DNA of 60,273 nt, filler included, from Basidiobolus ranarum (Eukaryota): the NCBI GenBank assembly GCA_040143965.1. It is 10 parts of 10 records of this genome, joined end to end, with 100 filler letters (N's around TTAATTAATTAA, not from the genome) between each part and the next. Parts side by side here need not be neighbours in the genome. Positions count along the whole stretch, not along the records: positions 36,266 to 42,199 come from JASJQH010001461.1; positions 42,300 to 48,229 come from JASJQH010001462.1; positions 48,330 to 54,253 come from JASJQH010001463.1; 7 more parts are not named here. One strand, written 5' to 3'. This document shows, one piece after another, positions 36,779 to 50,833 of the stretch (positions are counted from its first letter, which is position 1; each line of letters opens with the position of its first letter). A program made the position numbers and the translations under genes. Under the pieces are notes generated by a model, which was not told the DNA's origin, made no database searches, and was given only the letters and a program-made list of their open reading frames with translations.

Positions 36779-39471
36779 GGGCACAAGTGATATTATCTCA
36801 GCTAAAAGTACCAAATGCACATTTCTCAGTTTCTGTACACTTATTTCACTCCATTGAGCAAGATCAAGCAGGCCAAGAAGTGTGTTTGGGCAGTATCATA
36901 CATTCAAAAAATGATGAATGCACAATCTATTGTATCTTAGGTCAAGATATTTGATTGATCCTTTAGGGTTTGAGTATATTCAGAAATAATATAGAGTTCG
37001 ATTATTTTACATAAACTGGTTGGGTTTCACAAAATATTTTTCCTCTATATTGTTCTGCAATAATGCTATATCTCTTTAGGAAGCAAAAGTTATGTTCTAC
37101 TCTAGTTTCAAAATGGGACAAATGAGTTTTTCAAGCTTTTGCCTTTCTGCAAGCTTCCTCCCTGTAATCTATTTGTAAGCTATGATAAATCCTGGCTTTG
37201 TGCATTCTTGCCAACTATTTGACCAACCGGTTATGGTGTGCTTGTATATTACAAATCTTTGATGCTTCTCTACCCAAAGCCTGTTTCATGTTGTTTCCCT
37301 TTATGGCAAACTAAACCAAATTATATTTTGTTCCAAATCTGTCAAAGTCTGGAACTTGGAACAGTGAGCTTTGTACTTGCTGGAGTGCAATAGATGTTGG
37401 TTGCTTGTGGGTCTAGTGATTCTCACGGGAGATGTGTCAAGGATACTTCTGATATGAACTCTGCTGGGAAATACTTCAGGAAATGAAAGGAAATTAGAAG
37501 CTTTGATTCTATTTTCACAGGCACCTTCAGCATTATTCGTCACTTAAGCTGGATTATGTTCACTTGCTTGAAACCTGGTAATAAAGCTTCTCCCACTTTT
37601 ACTAACATTAATAATGCTTTGAAAACTAATTTCACAATACTATTTTCAGTTACAAAATAAATTGATAGGTGCTTTCTGATTGGTATGGGAGCACATGAGC
37701 TGCAGTGTTTCCCAATTAAGCCCTCCAAGGTGGTGATAGAAAATCCAGTTACTATATTTATATTAATGAGAATTATTTATTTTTGAGAAGATAGAGAGCA
37801 TGTTGATAGAAGTGTTTAGGGGATTTGGAAGTGTTTTGGACAAGATATGGATTTGTGTATTAGACACTTGAGTTTATCAAGTTGAATATGTGCTTATTGT
37901 AGTTTACTATGAAATAGCAGTATTGGACATGCTTTGATTATAACAAACATGACTGTTAAGCATGGGTGAAAATTCAAGATGATTTGGAGCAGTTTTGATA
38001 AAATAGTGAAATATGGTAAGAGTGATTTAATTGATATTTATATCAATTAGAGTAGTAAATACATGTTCTAGAATTGTAGTATTGACTGCTAAATCATCAG
38101 AATATCAATAAACTAACTACTAAATAACAAGTTGCTATTTACCTAATTTCTGCACATGTTACTAATTTCAATTTGAGTTTCCACAATATAGTTTAACTCA
38201 GCTCAGGCTTGGCACTTACCTGCTAAAGCTTATAATCACACTGAACTGCCCTATAGGCTGTATAATAAAACATATTTGAGCTGATCTTAATTTTTCAATT
38301 ATGCATTGAGCAACAAAATTAAATACAAAATTACCTCAACAAAGTTAATCATAGTTCAATCCAAATCAATTTTTCAGACATAGATATCAAAACAGCTCAA
38401 TGTGGAATGCTTGATGTTTGATCATCCATTGGACATTTTAATCAAAAATACAAATAGATTCCTAATTCTGAATGAAATCAATAAAGGTAAACAGCATAGG
38501 TATACATGGAAGGTACAAATGCAGTCACAGCAGATTCTTCCTGCTCTGCAACCTACTTTGGCATAGGAAATCATAACTTGCAGAATTTTGTATGCTCAGC
38601 CAACTCAAGGTTTACGGTCCTAATATTTCCACAGATGCTCAGGTATCCACTATTAGTCCCTGCTTGGATGTATGAGAGTCATTGATAGAGCTAACAAAAG
38701 CTCAGGATGGGGGCATTAGACAAAAGTTTGGACCAAACACTATATAAATATACAACTCCAGAAATCTGGTACAAATGTACAATAAAACTCATGAGGGCAG
38801 AAAGTACTAATTGAGAGATATGCTTTTTGTATTCGAATCTGCAAAGCTACTATGGCAATTGCATTCCTGAATGTATAGAATGAAATGGACCATTGCTGCA
38901 CTAACTTTAGAGACAAAATGTGTTAAATCAATATATACCACTGCTAAACAACAATTTGCATCAACTTTTGATGGAGATCGTGGAGTTCCAAACAATATTT
39001 CAGGATACTATGACAAGAGTGGTCAACAGAGGTTTAAAGAGCAGTGCCAGATAACTTTTTACTTTGTAGCAACTGTGGGAGGCTATTTGGAACAGTCCAG
39101 ACCATTGCACAGACATACTAGACCACTTGAAATCAAGCAAACTCTTGGTCAGTTATCTATTTAACAGTATGAAGCTGTGCAACTCACCACTAGAATTCAG
39201 GTAATTTCTCTAATAAAGTAAGAGCCATATGATTTGGTATATCTACTAGTAGTACACATTTATAGCAATGTCAGCATGGTAGAGTCTATAATGTTTCTCT
39301 TGTTTTTGCTGAAGAACAAGCAGTTGATCAAAAATCACCAAGAGGATGGACTGCAATTTCACCAACATCATGGTACCCAATACCTTACAGCATATACTTT
39401 GATACAACTGCAGCCACACCCTGTTGAAAGAGACAATACTTATACTGTGGTTGTAGAACTGCCAAATATAT
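36779..39471 (-). mobile_element. Second copy of the Harbinger-like element (transposase about 36930..37801 minus; ORF2 from about 38506 plus), interrupted by a solo LTR and cut by an EnSpm-like insertion
   Basis: SILDTSPVRITRP...KYKAHCSKFQ...IIWFS. Starts GGGCAC like 32080. About 38250..39460 aligns with about 33170..34400. Confidence 0.75.
37801..38171. mobile_element. Old solo LTR inserted at the transposase start
   Basis: Starts TGTTGATAGAAG and ends CTAATTTCAA. Absent from the contig-6 copy of the element. Homologous in reverse to 41745..42093. Confidence 0.6.
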
Positions 39472-41740
39472 CCCAACAGAAATTTGAGGATTGTTATTGT
39501 AGGAAAACTATCACAATTTTAATCAATTTTTGATTGCCCATTTACCTACCATCATCAAAATGACAAGTTAAGTATGGTATTGATCAATTTTATAGTTCCA
39601 GGAGTTTGATTTCAAGATTTTGCAAAATAGGTGCACATGATTGGTTACTGTCTCAGAAAACTATAGATCAACACAAGGGCAAAGAATTTAACTCATATTC
39701 AACACATTTACCACTTAAATGCTAATTTGTCATCTTTGAAATTCCATCTTTCTTTTGTATAGTCTCCTGAACTATTTTATAGAGCTCTTCATACCAAAGG
39801 TTTTGCTCATATCTAACACAAGTTTGTATAAATATCTCCAGAAAAGCCCACCATTGTACTAATGTTGCTTAACCAACATTCTTCCAGCTATCTGGTGGAT
39901 ACCCCATGATATTGTGCCACTCTGTATTAAGTTCTTCTCAGATATCTGCACAGCCTACACCAGACTGATTGTCAAGATGATTGTTCTTCTTTTGAGGCAA
40001 ATTTTGGAATACTTGCACTGCTTTTTTCCCTTCATACTTTTGAAAACACTCTTAACACACTTTGACTATTTTCATACATCCTTGTAGTGTGACACTACTG
40101 AGGGTGCTTTGTAGTGTTTGTGCGGCTTTTTGCTTGCCTTTAAGTGTGGGGCTAATTGTGACTCTTTGAAAACTGCCAGTTGATGTTGGAGAGTTGTGAG
40201 GTTTATTTGCTGGTGTTGTGGCATGTTGAGAGGTTCCAGGTGTCAGATAACTTCCAAATTTAGCACATTTCCAACTGGTCTACTTGGTTCCATGTTAAAG
40301 TTAAGTCTTTTTGCCGGTGTATTTCCTGATATATCTGAGTCTGGAGATACAGATATTTTTAATGGTGTGAAGAATTTGGTAAGAGAGATAGTAGAGCCTT
40401 AACTCACTGGCTCCTTTGCTTTTCCCTAGGGTTTGCTAACTTCCTGCTCCTTAAGTGCTTTTGTAGCTGCATTTCTTTCTTTTCCAAGTTGACAATTGTG
40501 TGCATTTTGGAGATGTTTCATGAACATGGCTACACTAGCTCAATTGCCATTTGCTTGCAAAAACCCAGGATAAGCCACATGAAATAAGTCAAGAACCTTT
40601 AGAGTTTCACATGGTCTTTGGTATTTCCCCAATTGGCTCAAATTGTGATGATTCTGAGAAAGATTCCACACAGTTTCCTAAATGTTAAATCATTCATCAT
40701 CAAAGCAAGTGACAGCAGCTTTGATATTCAGAGTCTTTGGTTTTGCTGGCTTTCCTATGCAGTTTCTACAATTATATGCACAAGCAATTTGGGTTGTTTT
40801 CTGGGCTCAATAGTCAAACAGATATTCTGCTCTACCAGATTGTCATGGTGACATAAATATACATTGTGTGGGATTCATTGAAATCCTGTATGAGAATGGA
40901 TTGTGGGAGCAGCATGTTACTATAGCTCTAGTACAGCATTCTGATAGTCTTGCATCATTGTGGAGTGACTCTATAACTAATGACTATTTGCTTCAGAATG
41001 CTGCATTAATTGCATTATTGCAGAGTTATTGCTTGTCATGGCCTGTATGGCAACTTTGTGGTTTTTGCATACCATTGTATTTAAATCATTATGGTATTCT
41101 GCCTGGGGCATACTTGTCACAAGAAATCTATCTAAAATGGCTGCATAAGGGTGATCAATAGATGGCAAAGTAGGCATTTTTGAAGCTGATGGTCTTGATG
41201 ATGTTACTGTTGAACTTTACTCAACTATTGATCAACTACATAATTGGGGGTTTATAATCTCTTCACTTGCAATATTGCTGGAAAGGAACACATCTGGTAA
41301 ATTGATTAATGTTGCATCATTTCTTGAGTTAGTTTCCACCATCTTAATGCCTTCCAAAGTGGATAGTGGATAGCTTAACTGCTCATCAATCAAGTCCTCT
41401 GTTTTTGCTGGTTATTTTCCTGTTGTGCCAGCAGGCTTTGGCTTGAAAGCCAATTTTGATTTAGACTCTGCATGCTTTTTGAATGGCATTCAAATTCTCA
41501 GATGGTAAACTTGATATAATGAAATTGCTCAGAAATAGCTTATAATAAACCAAAATTGCCATCCATTACAAGCATTGTCACTGTACAAAGCCACCAGCTG
41601 CACAAAGCCTAGTAAATACCAACACTAATATGTCCACAAAATTGACTTTAGTTTTGCCCACAGAGTCCACTGGCTTTACTTTATCTCAAAGCTTTAATAA
41701 CACTACTGAAAGGCAAAAAACTGTGGAGTTATCACAGTAT
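39472..41740 (-). mobile_element. EnSpm-like element arm (terminus plus ORF2 remnant)
   Basis: Starts with the shared CCCAACAGAAATT terminus. The reverse complement is colinear with 43871..46348, except for a roughly 230-bp indel at about 44040..44270. Confidence 0.8.
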
Positions 41741-41744
41741 TATG

Positions 41745-42093
41745 CATTGAAATTTGTTAAGTAGCAACCCTTTGTTTAGCAATTAGCTTATTCAAATTTG
41801 GATTGTTTAGCACTCAATTCTGCCTTTCAAAGATGAGTGCTTCTTGCTCTATAGACTTATATATCAATTTGATAACTTATACCAATTTTCACTGCTTTCT
41901 CAAAACTTCTCCAAATCACCCCAAATTTTCACCCACACTTAACAGGCATGTTTATAGTGATCTAAACATGTCCAAAAGCCCTATTTCATAGTAAACCTTA
42001 AGTAGGACTTACTCAATTCAATAAAACACAATTGACTAACTCACAAATCTAAATCTGGTCTAAAACACTTCCAGATCCCCTGGACACTTTTAT
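41745..42093. mobile_element. Old solo LTR, inverted copy of 37801..38171
   Basis: The reverse complement aligns across about 350 bp. Confidence 0.6.
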
Positions 42094-42199
42094 TGTTGAA
42101 GTTTATTGTCTTTATCATATATGTTATCCCTATCTTTATACACCTAACTATTTCATATATCACATATTAGTTAGTCAACATTATTTAGTCAAATATCAC
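42094..42199 (-). mobile_element. 3' end of the young LTR, truncated by the contig end
   Basis: 42094..42189 is the exact reverse complement of 1..96. Confidence 0.8.
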
Positions 42200-42299
42200 N
42201 NNNNNNNNNNNNNNNNNNNNNNNNNNNNNNNNNNNNNNNNNNNTTAATTAATTAANNNNNNNNNNNNNNNNNNNNNNNNNNNNNNNNNNNNNNNNNNNN
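42200..42299. other. Artificial contig linker
   Basis: N44-TTAATTAATTAA-N44. Confidence 0.98.
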
Positions 42300-43870
42300 A
42301 TCTGCCTGAGATCTGCCAATGTGAGTTGATGCTGTAAGAATATATTAACAATATCAACAAACAACTCCCAATGTTGCCAATACTTATCAGGCAGAAATCT
42401 TTTCAAAATTTGGCTTGAATATATAAAAATCCAATACTTCCAGTCTTTGCATTTGAATAAACACCTAGATGAGTGGATATTCATGGGAGTCCTGGTAAAA
42501 TTTGATGGTATTTTGATGTTTTCAAGCATTTTCCCAATTAATTCAAACTTTGATCATATATCAAATGGCTCATTCATATTGAATTTTCCACTGCATAGCT
42601 GAGTAAGTAGTATTGGAATGTTGTTGAATAGTAAGTGCATGGTGCCTAATGGGAAGCTCTGGCTCCAGCTGATCCCCTTTAGCAATATAATCTTAGGCTT
42701 ATGGCTAATACCAAGTTTGATGTTAGACTGACTATTTGGTGAATTGATATCAGTGATCATGTTGAAATCTGACTGGGCTCTTGATGGTAACATCATGGAG
42801 TTTAGTTTTGTATTTGGATAGTAGTAATATGTATGCCTGTTAGAGTAAACTCCATTGATTTGACAAAATATATAGCAAGATAGTACATTGTGCCTGTGAA
42901 AGGCTCCAAGCTTGCTGATGGCAGGAGTGTCACCATTATATAAAACAATATTAGCTTTAGTAAAATATTCACCCATCTGAACCCCAATAGATAAGTGTTC
43001 AAATTTGGCAATCAAAGGTTCCAAAAAGCTATCTATAAGCACTGGTGATTTAGGTCCAGATATTATGTATAGTATTGAAATGTTATGACTCTTATACTGA
43101 TCAGAAGGAGGAACATTTAAGTTGATTAAAGTTATTGGCCAGCATACCTCTCAAATGGTATATTTGTTTAGCAAGAAAACATCTTGAGCTAGTGCAAATG
43201 CATGCTCATATGTGTTTTCAAAGAAACCTTGACTTTTCTAATTCTGGTATTGATATCCATCAAGTATACTGTCAACACTATCAGCTTTATGGTAGGTACT
43301 TTGGTATTGGATCAACAATCTATAGTTGGGTGATTTCATCAAAACTTTAAGATGGGGAATCAATGGTATGTAAGCCAAATGTGAACAATATTTACCTGAT
43401 TCAGTATTAGCCAATTGTGTGCAAACAGTCCTGACTTCAGGCTTTTCAGATCACTGGTGAGAGCCAAACAACCATTTGGATATGAAGATAGTTTAATTAC
43501 CGAAGGATTATGAGTCATATGATTGACAAGTACTTTCCACTTATATCAGGTCTGTGGCAAGCAACAGTTATCAATCAATTGTGGTAAAAGTGTAAGAAAG
43601 CCAATAAACACCTGGTACTAACATTGGACTGAACTCTCCACTCCTCAATGATCAAAGCTGCTTTCTGTATTGTAAGTGTTATAAGTGGACTAATGCTTGT
43701 CAATAAAACAGAGTCTGTAACAAAACTATTGTCTTCTTCTTCAACTTCTGATATACTACCATCAGTACTGGAATAACCCAGATTAATATCAAGCAGCATG
43801 TCCTCAAAGTTGTCTGGACTTACTGGTTCAACCACAGTTGCATTTCTATCTACATTATTCTAGTCATATA
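42300..43870 (-). mobile_element. Decayed CACTA/EnSpm (Tnp2/Transposase_21-type) transposase
   Basis: WPITLINLNVPP, GPKSP..IDSFLEPLI, GDTPAISKL..F..HN, SFPLGTMHLLFNNI, IPSNFTRTP and FKCKDWKYWIFIYS...YWQHW. Stops and frameshifts are present. Confidence 0.85.
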
Positions 43871-46348
43871 ACTGTAGTAACCCCACAGTATCTTGCTTTT
43901 GGTGGTGTTAACAAAACTTTGAGGCAAAGTACAGTCATTGGACTCAGTGGGCAAAACTAAAGTTGATTTTGCACACTTATAACTGTTGATATTCACCAGG
44001 CTTTGTGCAGCAGGCACCTTTGTTCAGAGTCTGTGCTTGTTATTTCTTTTTCTATGATGTCTTCAGCTTTCATAGCACCAGTATTTGTGACAATAATAGT
44101 AGGGCTTCTTTATATGTTTGTGTTCCAGTATGAGAATAGTATTGTGGCAAAAGGAACACCTCTTGCGTAAGGGTGGTATTATAGCTATAGCCCTTCAATA
44201 TCATCAGCTGATTCTGTAACAGTGTCACAGATGAGTCATCAGGAGATCAACAAAATATTTGTGGTAATGAATGGGAATTTTGGTTTATTATAAGCTGTTT
44301 CTAATCAATTTCATTACAACAAGCTTACCATCTGAAAATTTCAATGCCATTCAAAAAGATTTCAAAATCTAAGTCAAAATTGGCTTCCAAGCTAAAGCCT
44401 GCTGGCACAAAAGGAAAAAAACTAGCAAGAACAGAGGACTTAATTGATGAGTATTCTATCAATCCACTATCCACTTTTGAAGGCATTAACATGCCAGAAA
44501 CTAACTCAGGTAATGAAGAAGCATTAATCAACTTACCAGTTGTGTTCCTTTTCAGCAATAGTGCAAGTGAAGAGATTATAATCCCTGGATTACATAGTAA
44601 GTCAATAGTTGAGCAAAGTTCAACCAAAACACTGTCAAAATCATCAACTTCCAAAATGACTACTTTGCCCACTATTAAACAGCTCTGCAAAGAAATTTGG
44701 ATAGAATTGTTGCAACAAGGGAATTACAGGCAGATCACCATAATGTTTTGTATTCAATCATAAGTAAAAACTACAAAGTTGCTCTACAGGCCATGACAAG
44801 CAATAATGCTGCAATATTGCAATCAATGCTGTGTTTGGAAACAACTAGTCAACAGTTCAATACTCACTCTACTATGCTATAAGATCTTCAGAATGCTGTA
44901 CTTGAGCTACAGCAACACGCTGCTCTCTCCTTCCATTCTCATATGGGATATTGATCAATCCCCCACTGTACATATTAATGTCACCATGACAATCTAGCAC
45001 AGCAGAATAGGTGTTGTACCATTAAGCCTACACAATGACCTGAAATTGCTTGGATACATAAAGTAGAAATATCATAGGAAAACCAGCAAACCAAAAGACT
45101 CTGAATGTCAGAGCTGCTGTCACTTGCTTGGTTGATGAGTGGTTCAACATTTTGGATACTGTGCAGAATCTTGCCCAAAATCACCTGGATTTGAGCTAAA
45201 TATAGAAAACTCAAAACCAGGCATTACTCTGAAGGTTCTTGACTTATTACATATTCCTTATCCCGGGTTTTGGCAAGCAAGTAGCAATTAGGCTTGCATA
45301 TGCCTATATATGAAATATCTGAAAATTGTAAACAATTGTTGACTTGGAAAAGAAAGAAAAGCAGCTATAGAAGTACTCATGGATCAGGAAGTTTGTAAAA
45401 CCAAGGGAAAAGCAAAGGAGCCAGTGAGCCTAGGCTCTACTGTCCTACTTATCAAATTCTTCACACCATTACAAAGATCTGCATTTTTAGAGTCAGATAT
45501 ACTGGCAAAAATGCTTAATTTCACCATGATACCTGGAACACCAATTGGAAGAGTGCCAAATTTGGATGTTTAACCAACACCAGGCACCTCTCAACAAGCA
45601 AAAAAACCAGCAAATAAAATTCACAGCTCTCCAACCTCAACTGGAACTTTTCAAAGTGTTGAAGTTAGCCCCAAACTAAAAGGCAGGCAAAAAGCTTCAC
45701 AAACATCACAAAGCACCATCAGTAGTGTTATACTACAAGGACATATGAAAACAGTAAAAGTACTTAAGGAGTATTTTCAAAAGTGTGAAGGAAAAAGGCA
45801 GTGCAAGTATGCTGAAAGTGGCTTCAGAAGAAGAATATTCAACCTGAAATTCAGTCTGGTGGTGACCATGCAGATATTTGGGAAGAACTTATTGCAGAGT
45901 GGCATAATATTGCAGGGTATCTGCCCAATACCTGAAAGAACATTGATTCTGCAACATTAATACAATGGTGGGCTTTAATGGAGATATCGATTCAAACTCA
46001 TGTTATACATGAGCTAAACCTTAGGTATGAAGAACTTTATAAGAATAATCAGGTGAATATATCAAAGAAACCAGGAATTTCAAACATGACAAATTAGCAT
46101 TCAAGTGGTAAATGTGTAAAATTTGAGTATCATTTTATGTGCATGCACTAATCCATAGTTCTCTGAGATTGTAGCCAATCATGTGCAACTATTTTGTTAG
46201 ATCTTGCAATTTCACTCCTGAAACTGAAAAAATTGATTAAAGTCAAGTTTATATTGAAGATTTTATGATTGTAAGTAAACGGTCAATCCTGAATGGACTA
46301 ATATTGTTATGGTTTTCCTTCAATAAGAATCCTCAAATTTCTGTTGAG
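43871..46348 (+). mobile_element. EnSpm-like element: divergent ORF2 remnant (from ATG 44344) to terminus
   Basis: Contiguous with the Tnp2 start. Lys-rich MPFKKISKSK ORF broken by stops. Ends in the reverse complement of the shared terminus (...AATTTCTGTTGAG). Confidence 0.7.
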
Positions 46349-47083
46349 ATATTATTTGTCATCTAATTGCTCTGAAAAGCATACTTCCTCAACTCTACTT
46401 GGTGCAAGTCTAGTCAGTTTCTGCAAGAAAGCAAAACAGACTATTTCTGCTCATTACCAACTTTATTGTTGATATACTCCCTAATAGCTTGAGAGTGCTT
46501 GTTTCTGTTCATAATACTGACAGCATAGACAGTTATTGTAGCTTATCTTTAGTTACATGACCATTATTACCAATTGTGTATATTGCACTCTCCTGCCAAC
46601 TAAGGACTTTGACTGAGGTTTGATTTTCCTTTGGCAACCTGGTGGGATTCATCTCTTTTTTTTACTGAGATGTTGGGTATAGTTTTTTTTGCCATCTAGT
46701 TGGAGTTTTTGAAGTTACTTTAACAAAATGATTATTGGCAGTATTTGTTTGACTTCCTGATTAGATAGGCTGAGGAGCTTTATCCTATAATGATAAAGCA
46801 TACATTTATAACCTGTTAAGCAGAGTAAAGTCTTGCTTTTTCTCACTAGGAAACTTCATTGATACCACAAAAGTAGTATTAAAGATGGTACAACAACAAA
46901 GATTGCTGCATGTCAATTAAGTCATCAGTTTGGTATTAACAAACAACATATCTTTTACATCCAACTTGTATTTCCAATGTGATGATAGACTCTCAGATAT
47001 CTTCTCTGAATGGATTTTACTGAGGATGCTAATTATTTGTATTTGCTTTTATGACATAAACTTACTTTTGAATCAACAGATAG

Positions 47084-47965
47084 CCTGTAACAGAAATTTG
47101 AGGATTGTTATTGAAAGAAAACTGTCACAATTTTAATCAAATTTTGGATTTACAGCTTACTAACCATCATGAAATCATCAAGCTATATTTGATTTTAATC
47201 ATTTTTTTCAGTTACAGGAGTGAAATTTCAAGATTTTGAAAAACAGCTCCACGTGATTTGCTACAATCTCAGAAAACTATGGATCAACACATGTGCAAAA
47301 AACATGACTCAAATTTTATATATTTTTACCACCTGAATACTTATTTATCATCTTTGAAATCCATAGTTTCTTTGATACATACATGTAAATAAATATGTAG
47401 AGTTCTCCATACCCACGGTTTAGCTCATAACTAATTCAAGCTTGTATCACTATCTCTATTAAAGCCTATCATTGTATTCATGTTCCTGTACCAACATTTT
47501 TTGAGCTATCTGGCAGATTCCCTGCAATATTGTGCCAGTTTGTAATAAGATATTCCCACATATCTGCATGGTCAACACTAGACTGAAAGTAAAGTTGAAT
47601 GTTTTCCTTCTGAGGCCACTTTCTGCATACTTGCACTGCATTTTTCCTTTGTACTTTTGAAAATATTGCTCAATTACTTAATATAATAATTATATATCCT
47701 TGCTGTGTGACATTACCAAGGGTGCTTTGTGGTGTTTCTGTGGCTTTTTGATTGTCTTTAAGTTTGGGGCTAATTTTTAGCCTTTAAATAGTACCAGTTG
47801 AGGTTGGAGAGCTGTGTGTCCTATTTGCTGGTATTTTAGCTTGCTGAGAGATGCCCAGTGTAGGATAAACTTCCAAATTTGGCCCCCTTCAAACTGGTGT
47901 ACTTTGTTCCTTAGTACAATTAAGTCTTTTGCCAGTGTATCTGCCAGTATATCCAACTCTGGAAA
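47084..47965 (-). mobile_element. Another EnSpm-like terminal arm, inverted
   Basis: The reverse complement aligns with about 45480..46345 (QCKYAESG.RR..FN..FSLV.TMQI). Confidence 0.75.
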
Positions 47966-48229
47966 TACATATATTGATAATGCCCCTAACAAAAATAAAA
48001 TTGGTTTGTTCTGGATTGGATCCACCCTCTGAAATAGCAAAACCATCAGAGAACCATCACAATATTGTTGGCTTGCATTCTGCCAGGGATTTTGTTGGTG
48101 TGATGGTGGTTTCTTGACGGTATCTTAACAGTATTCATACATGTTAAAATATTGATCCTCAAATTTGGCATGTGTTATAAAATATCCAGCAATTTTTGCA
48201 AAAAAATAATTTTCAAATGGCAAATTACT

Positions 48230-48329
48230 NNNNNNNNNNNNNNNNNNNNNNNNNNNNNNNNNNNNNNNNNNNNTTAATTAATTAANNNNNNNNNNNNNNN
48301 NNNNNNNNNNNNNNNNNNNNNNNNNNNNN
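48230..48329. other. Artificial contig linker
   Basis: N44-TTAATTAATTAA-N44. Confidence 0.98.
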
Positions 48330-48739
48330 GGGATATCGGTAAAATTGACCACAACGGATACTGGTATATCACCGATCGTCTTAAGGAGCTAATCAAGTAC
48401 AAAGGATTCCAGGTGGCCCCAGCTGAACTCGAGGCTAAGTTGAATTCCCACCAAGCAGTTGCTGACGCTGCTGTTATCCCCGCTCAAGATCCCTCTAATG
48501 CTACCGAAATACCCAAAGCATTTGTAGTGTTGCAACCAAAGTATGCACCAAGTGATAACTTGAAATTGGAAATTATTCAATTCCTGAACAAGCAAGTGGC
48601 TCCACACAAGAAACTCCGTGGAGGTATTGAGTTTGTTAGTACCATACCCAAAAGTCCCTCAGGAAAGATTCAACGTAAAATCTTGAAAGAATTACAAAGA
48701 GCAAGGGAAAAAGAAATGCGGACTAGCGCTAAACTCTGA
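48330..48739 (+). CDS. 4-coumarate-CoA-ligase/luciferase-like acyl-CoA synthetase, C-terminal part with PTS1
   Basis: GDIG, ITDRLKELIKYKGFQVAPAELE, KKLRGG and IPKSPSGKIQRK; ends in AKL*. 5' end cut by the contig edge. Confidence 0.92.
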
Positions 48740-50833
48740 GTTATACGTAATCTGACAACTCGGTTTGCTATTGTAAAGTATCAATAAATCATACATTTAA
48801 TATCCTTATACCCTAAAACATTTTGAATTTCAACTAAAAAACGTACCTCAACATATGCAGAATGATCATGAGGGATTTCCGAATTGACCATGCCATTGAT
48901 ATTACTATTAATATTGTGCCACTAAGCTGTTCTAGGTTCATAGCAGAAGCCACCACTTTCAAATTTTTATACTGACTCAATAAAGTCCATACAAATTTGT
49001 CTTTCATGGTGTCTATTAACTTTTTTTACACGTAATATGGCCCCATTTTGAGGACCTTTGTCAGTGGACTATGTTACTATGAATCTTCATAGAAATAGTT
49101 GATGAATGCAGTTAGAATCACTGGTACAATTCTTATGCATATGTTAGACTTGCTTTCATATTGTAGATACCCATCTATCATTTTACCAAGCGTAGGATCT
49201 CATATTAAACATACACTTCATTATCTACAAGTGTTATTTATACTAAACGTGCTATATTCATGATCTTGTGGACTTTGAAAAAACCATAATGTAAGATATC
49301 AATACTTGTACCTATACTAAGTTGCTAATAAATAGACTTTAGTTGCTTAATGCCCGCTTAAGTTAGCAACTATCCTGGTGGGCATTGTATGTTCATACAT
49401 TCTTTTAAGTAACATATTCTAATTATCGAGATGATTTGGCAGTTCTTTTTGGCACAATATTATTACAAGAACGAAAGGAATACCTACTACATGCATGCTC
49501 TATGTATTCCAGAGATATCAATCTTGTATATGGATTTTGACACCTCGCCTGCACTGACCATCTCATCACAGCACAGTTTTTTAAGTAATGTGTAATTCCA
49601 CTTGTTTTTTGATGACAACAAACTCCATTCTCTTCCATTTCCGTCATACACCTCCCACTGTTATTAAACGTCTATCAGCCAAAGCAATATCAAGAGTACA
49701 CTATTGATCTGGACACAATAACTAGTTAATCATGGGAGATATTAACATCTAACAGAAATGAAAGTATTTTCTGAGATGGAAACTAAGATTCATTGGTAAA
49801 TCTACTCCCTATATGAGTGAACTATATATGGTAAGTGTATATACAATCATTTATAGGTTGTTACTCTCATGCATAATTTAAATATTAACAGGGTGGTACA
49901 AATTCATATATTCGGGAAGGCTACTTGTTGTTCCTTGATGATGCTGTAAATACTTGATAGTTAATATTTTCAAAATAAACTTGTAGATGAATATTCAAAT
50001 CTTTCAAACATGAACTTCACACATGCCCAATTCCATGCTGCTGGGTTTTCCCCAGGATATTGATAACCAGTCACTTGATCCTTATTCAGCGAAGTTGAGT
50101 TGAGGATGAATGGAACGATCATAGAACTAAAGACACTGATATATTGGTAGTGACTAGAAGATGTGACTGATAAAGCGCTCCAAATACTTCAGGGTAGGAG
50201 TAATCTAACTTGGCTACGTCCATTGATGCCAGGCCACGTTCATGGTTCAACAGGCTAAACCGCAGAACGGCAAAGGTATTTTAATTCCCCCGTAACTGAG
50301 ATTTGAATTAATCATTCTTCTAGGCGAGGTTTCAGCCCTCATTGGTTGCTATCTATCAACAATCCGACCTGGTGAAAGTCAATTCATCACTCCTATTGAT
50401 GGCAATTTTGCCTTGTATAATGAGGGGGGATCTGGTTGGTTTTATTTCCCTGCTTACTAAAACAATTGTGTGCTCTGTAAGACGTCCGTAGCATCGCTCG
50501 GCGGTGAAGCCTGTTCGCGAGTCGTATTTTACAATCACTAGTTCAGATTCCAGGAACTTAAATAACGTGACATAGCCAGCTTTTGACTCATTACCATCTC
50601 GAAGCATTATGATCATCAAGTGAAAATTCAAATGAAGCGAAGCAATGTCTGGTTTGAAAAAGTGTCGGTGATTAAATTGCAATACGTGTTGGCTGTGATG
50701 GGTGTGATGATAATACTCCAATCAACACGCCCAAAATTAGGCCCATAATTACTATGGGGCACCGTTGAGTCACGCCTTTGGCAATTTTCTTATCGGTGGC
50801 AAAAGGTATATATAATCCTGGTTTCGGCTGATA

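Noticed and set aside
37801-42093. Long inverted repeats as TIRs of a 4.3-kb novel element
   Set aside because: Each arm looks like a solo LTR (TGTTG start, about 360 bp), and the enclosed DNA is made of pieces of two other transposons.
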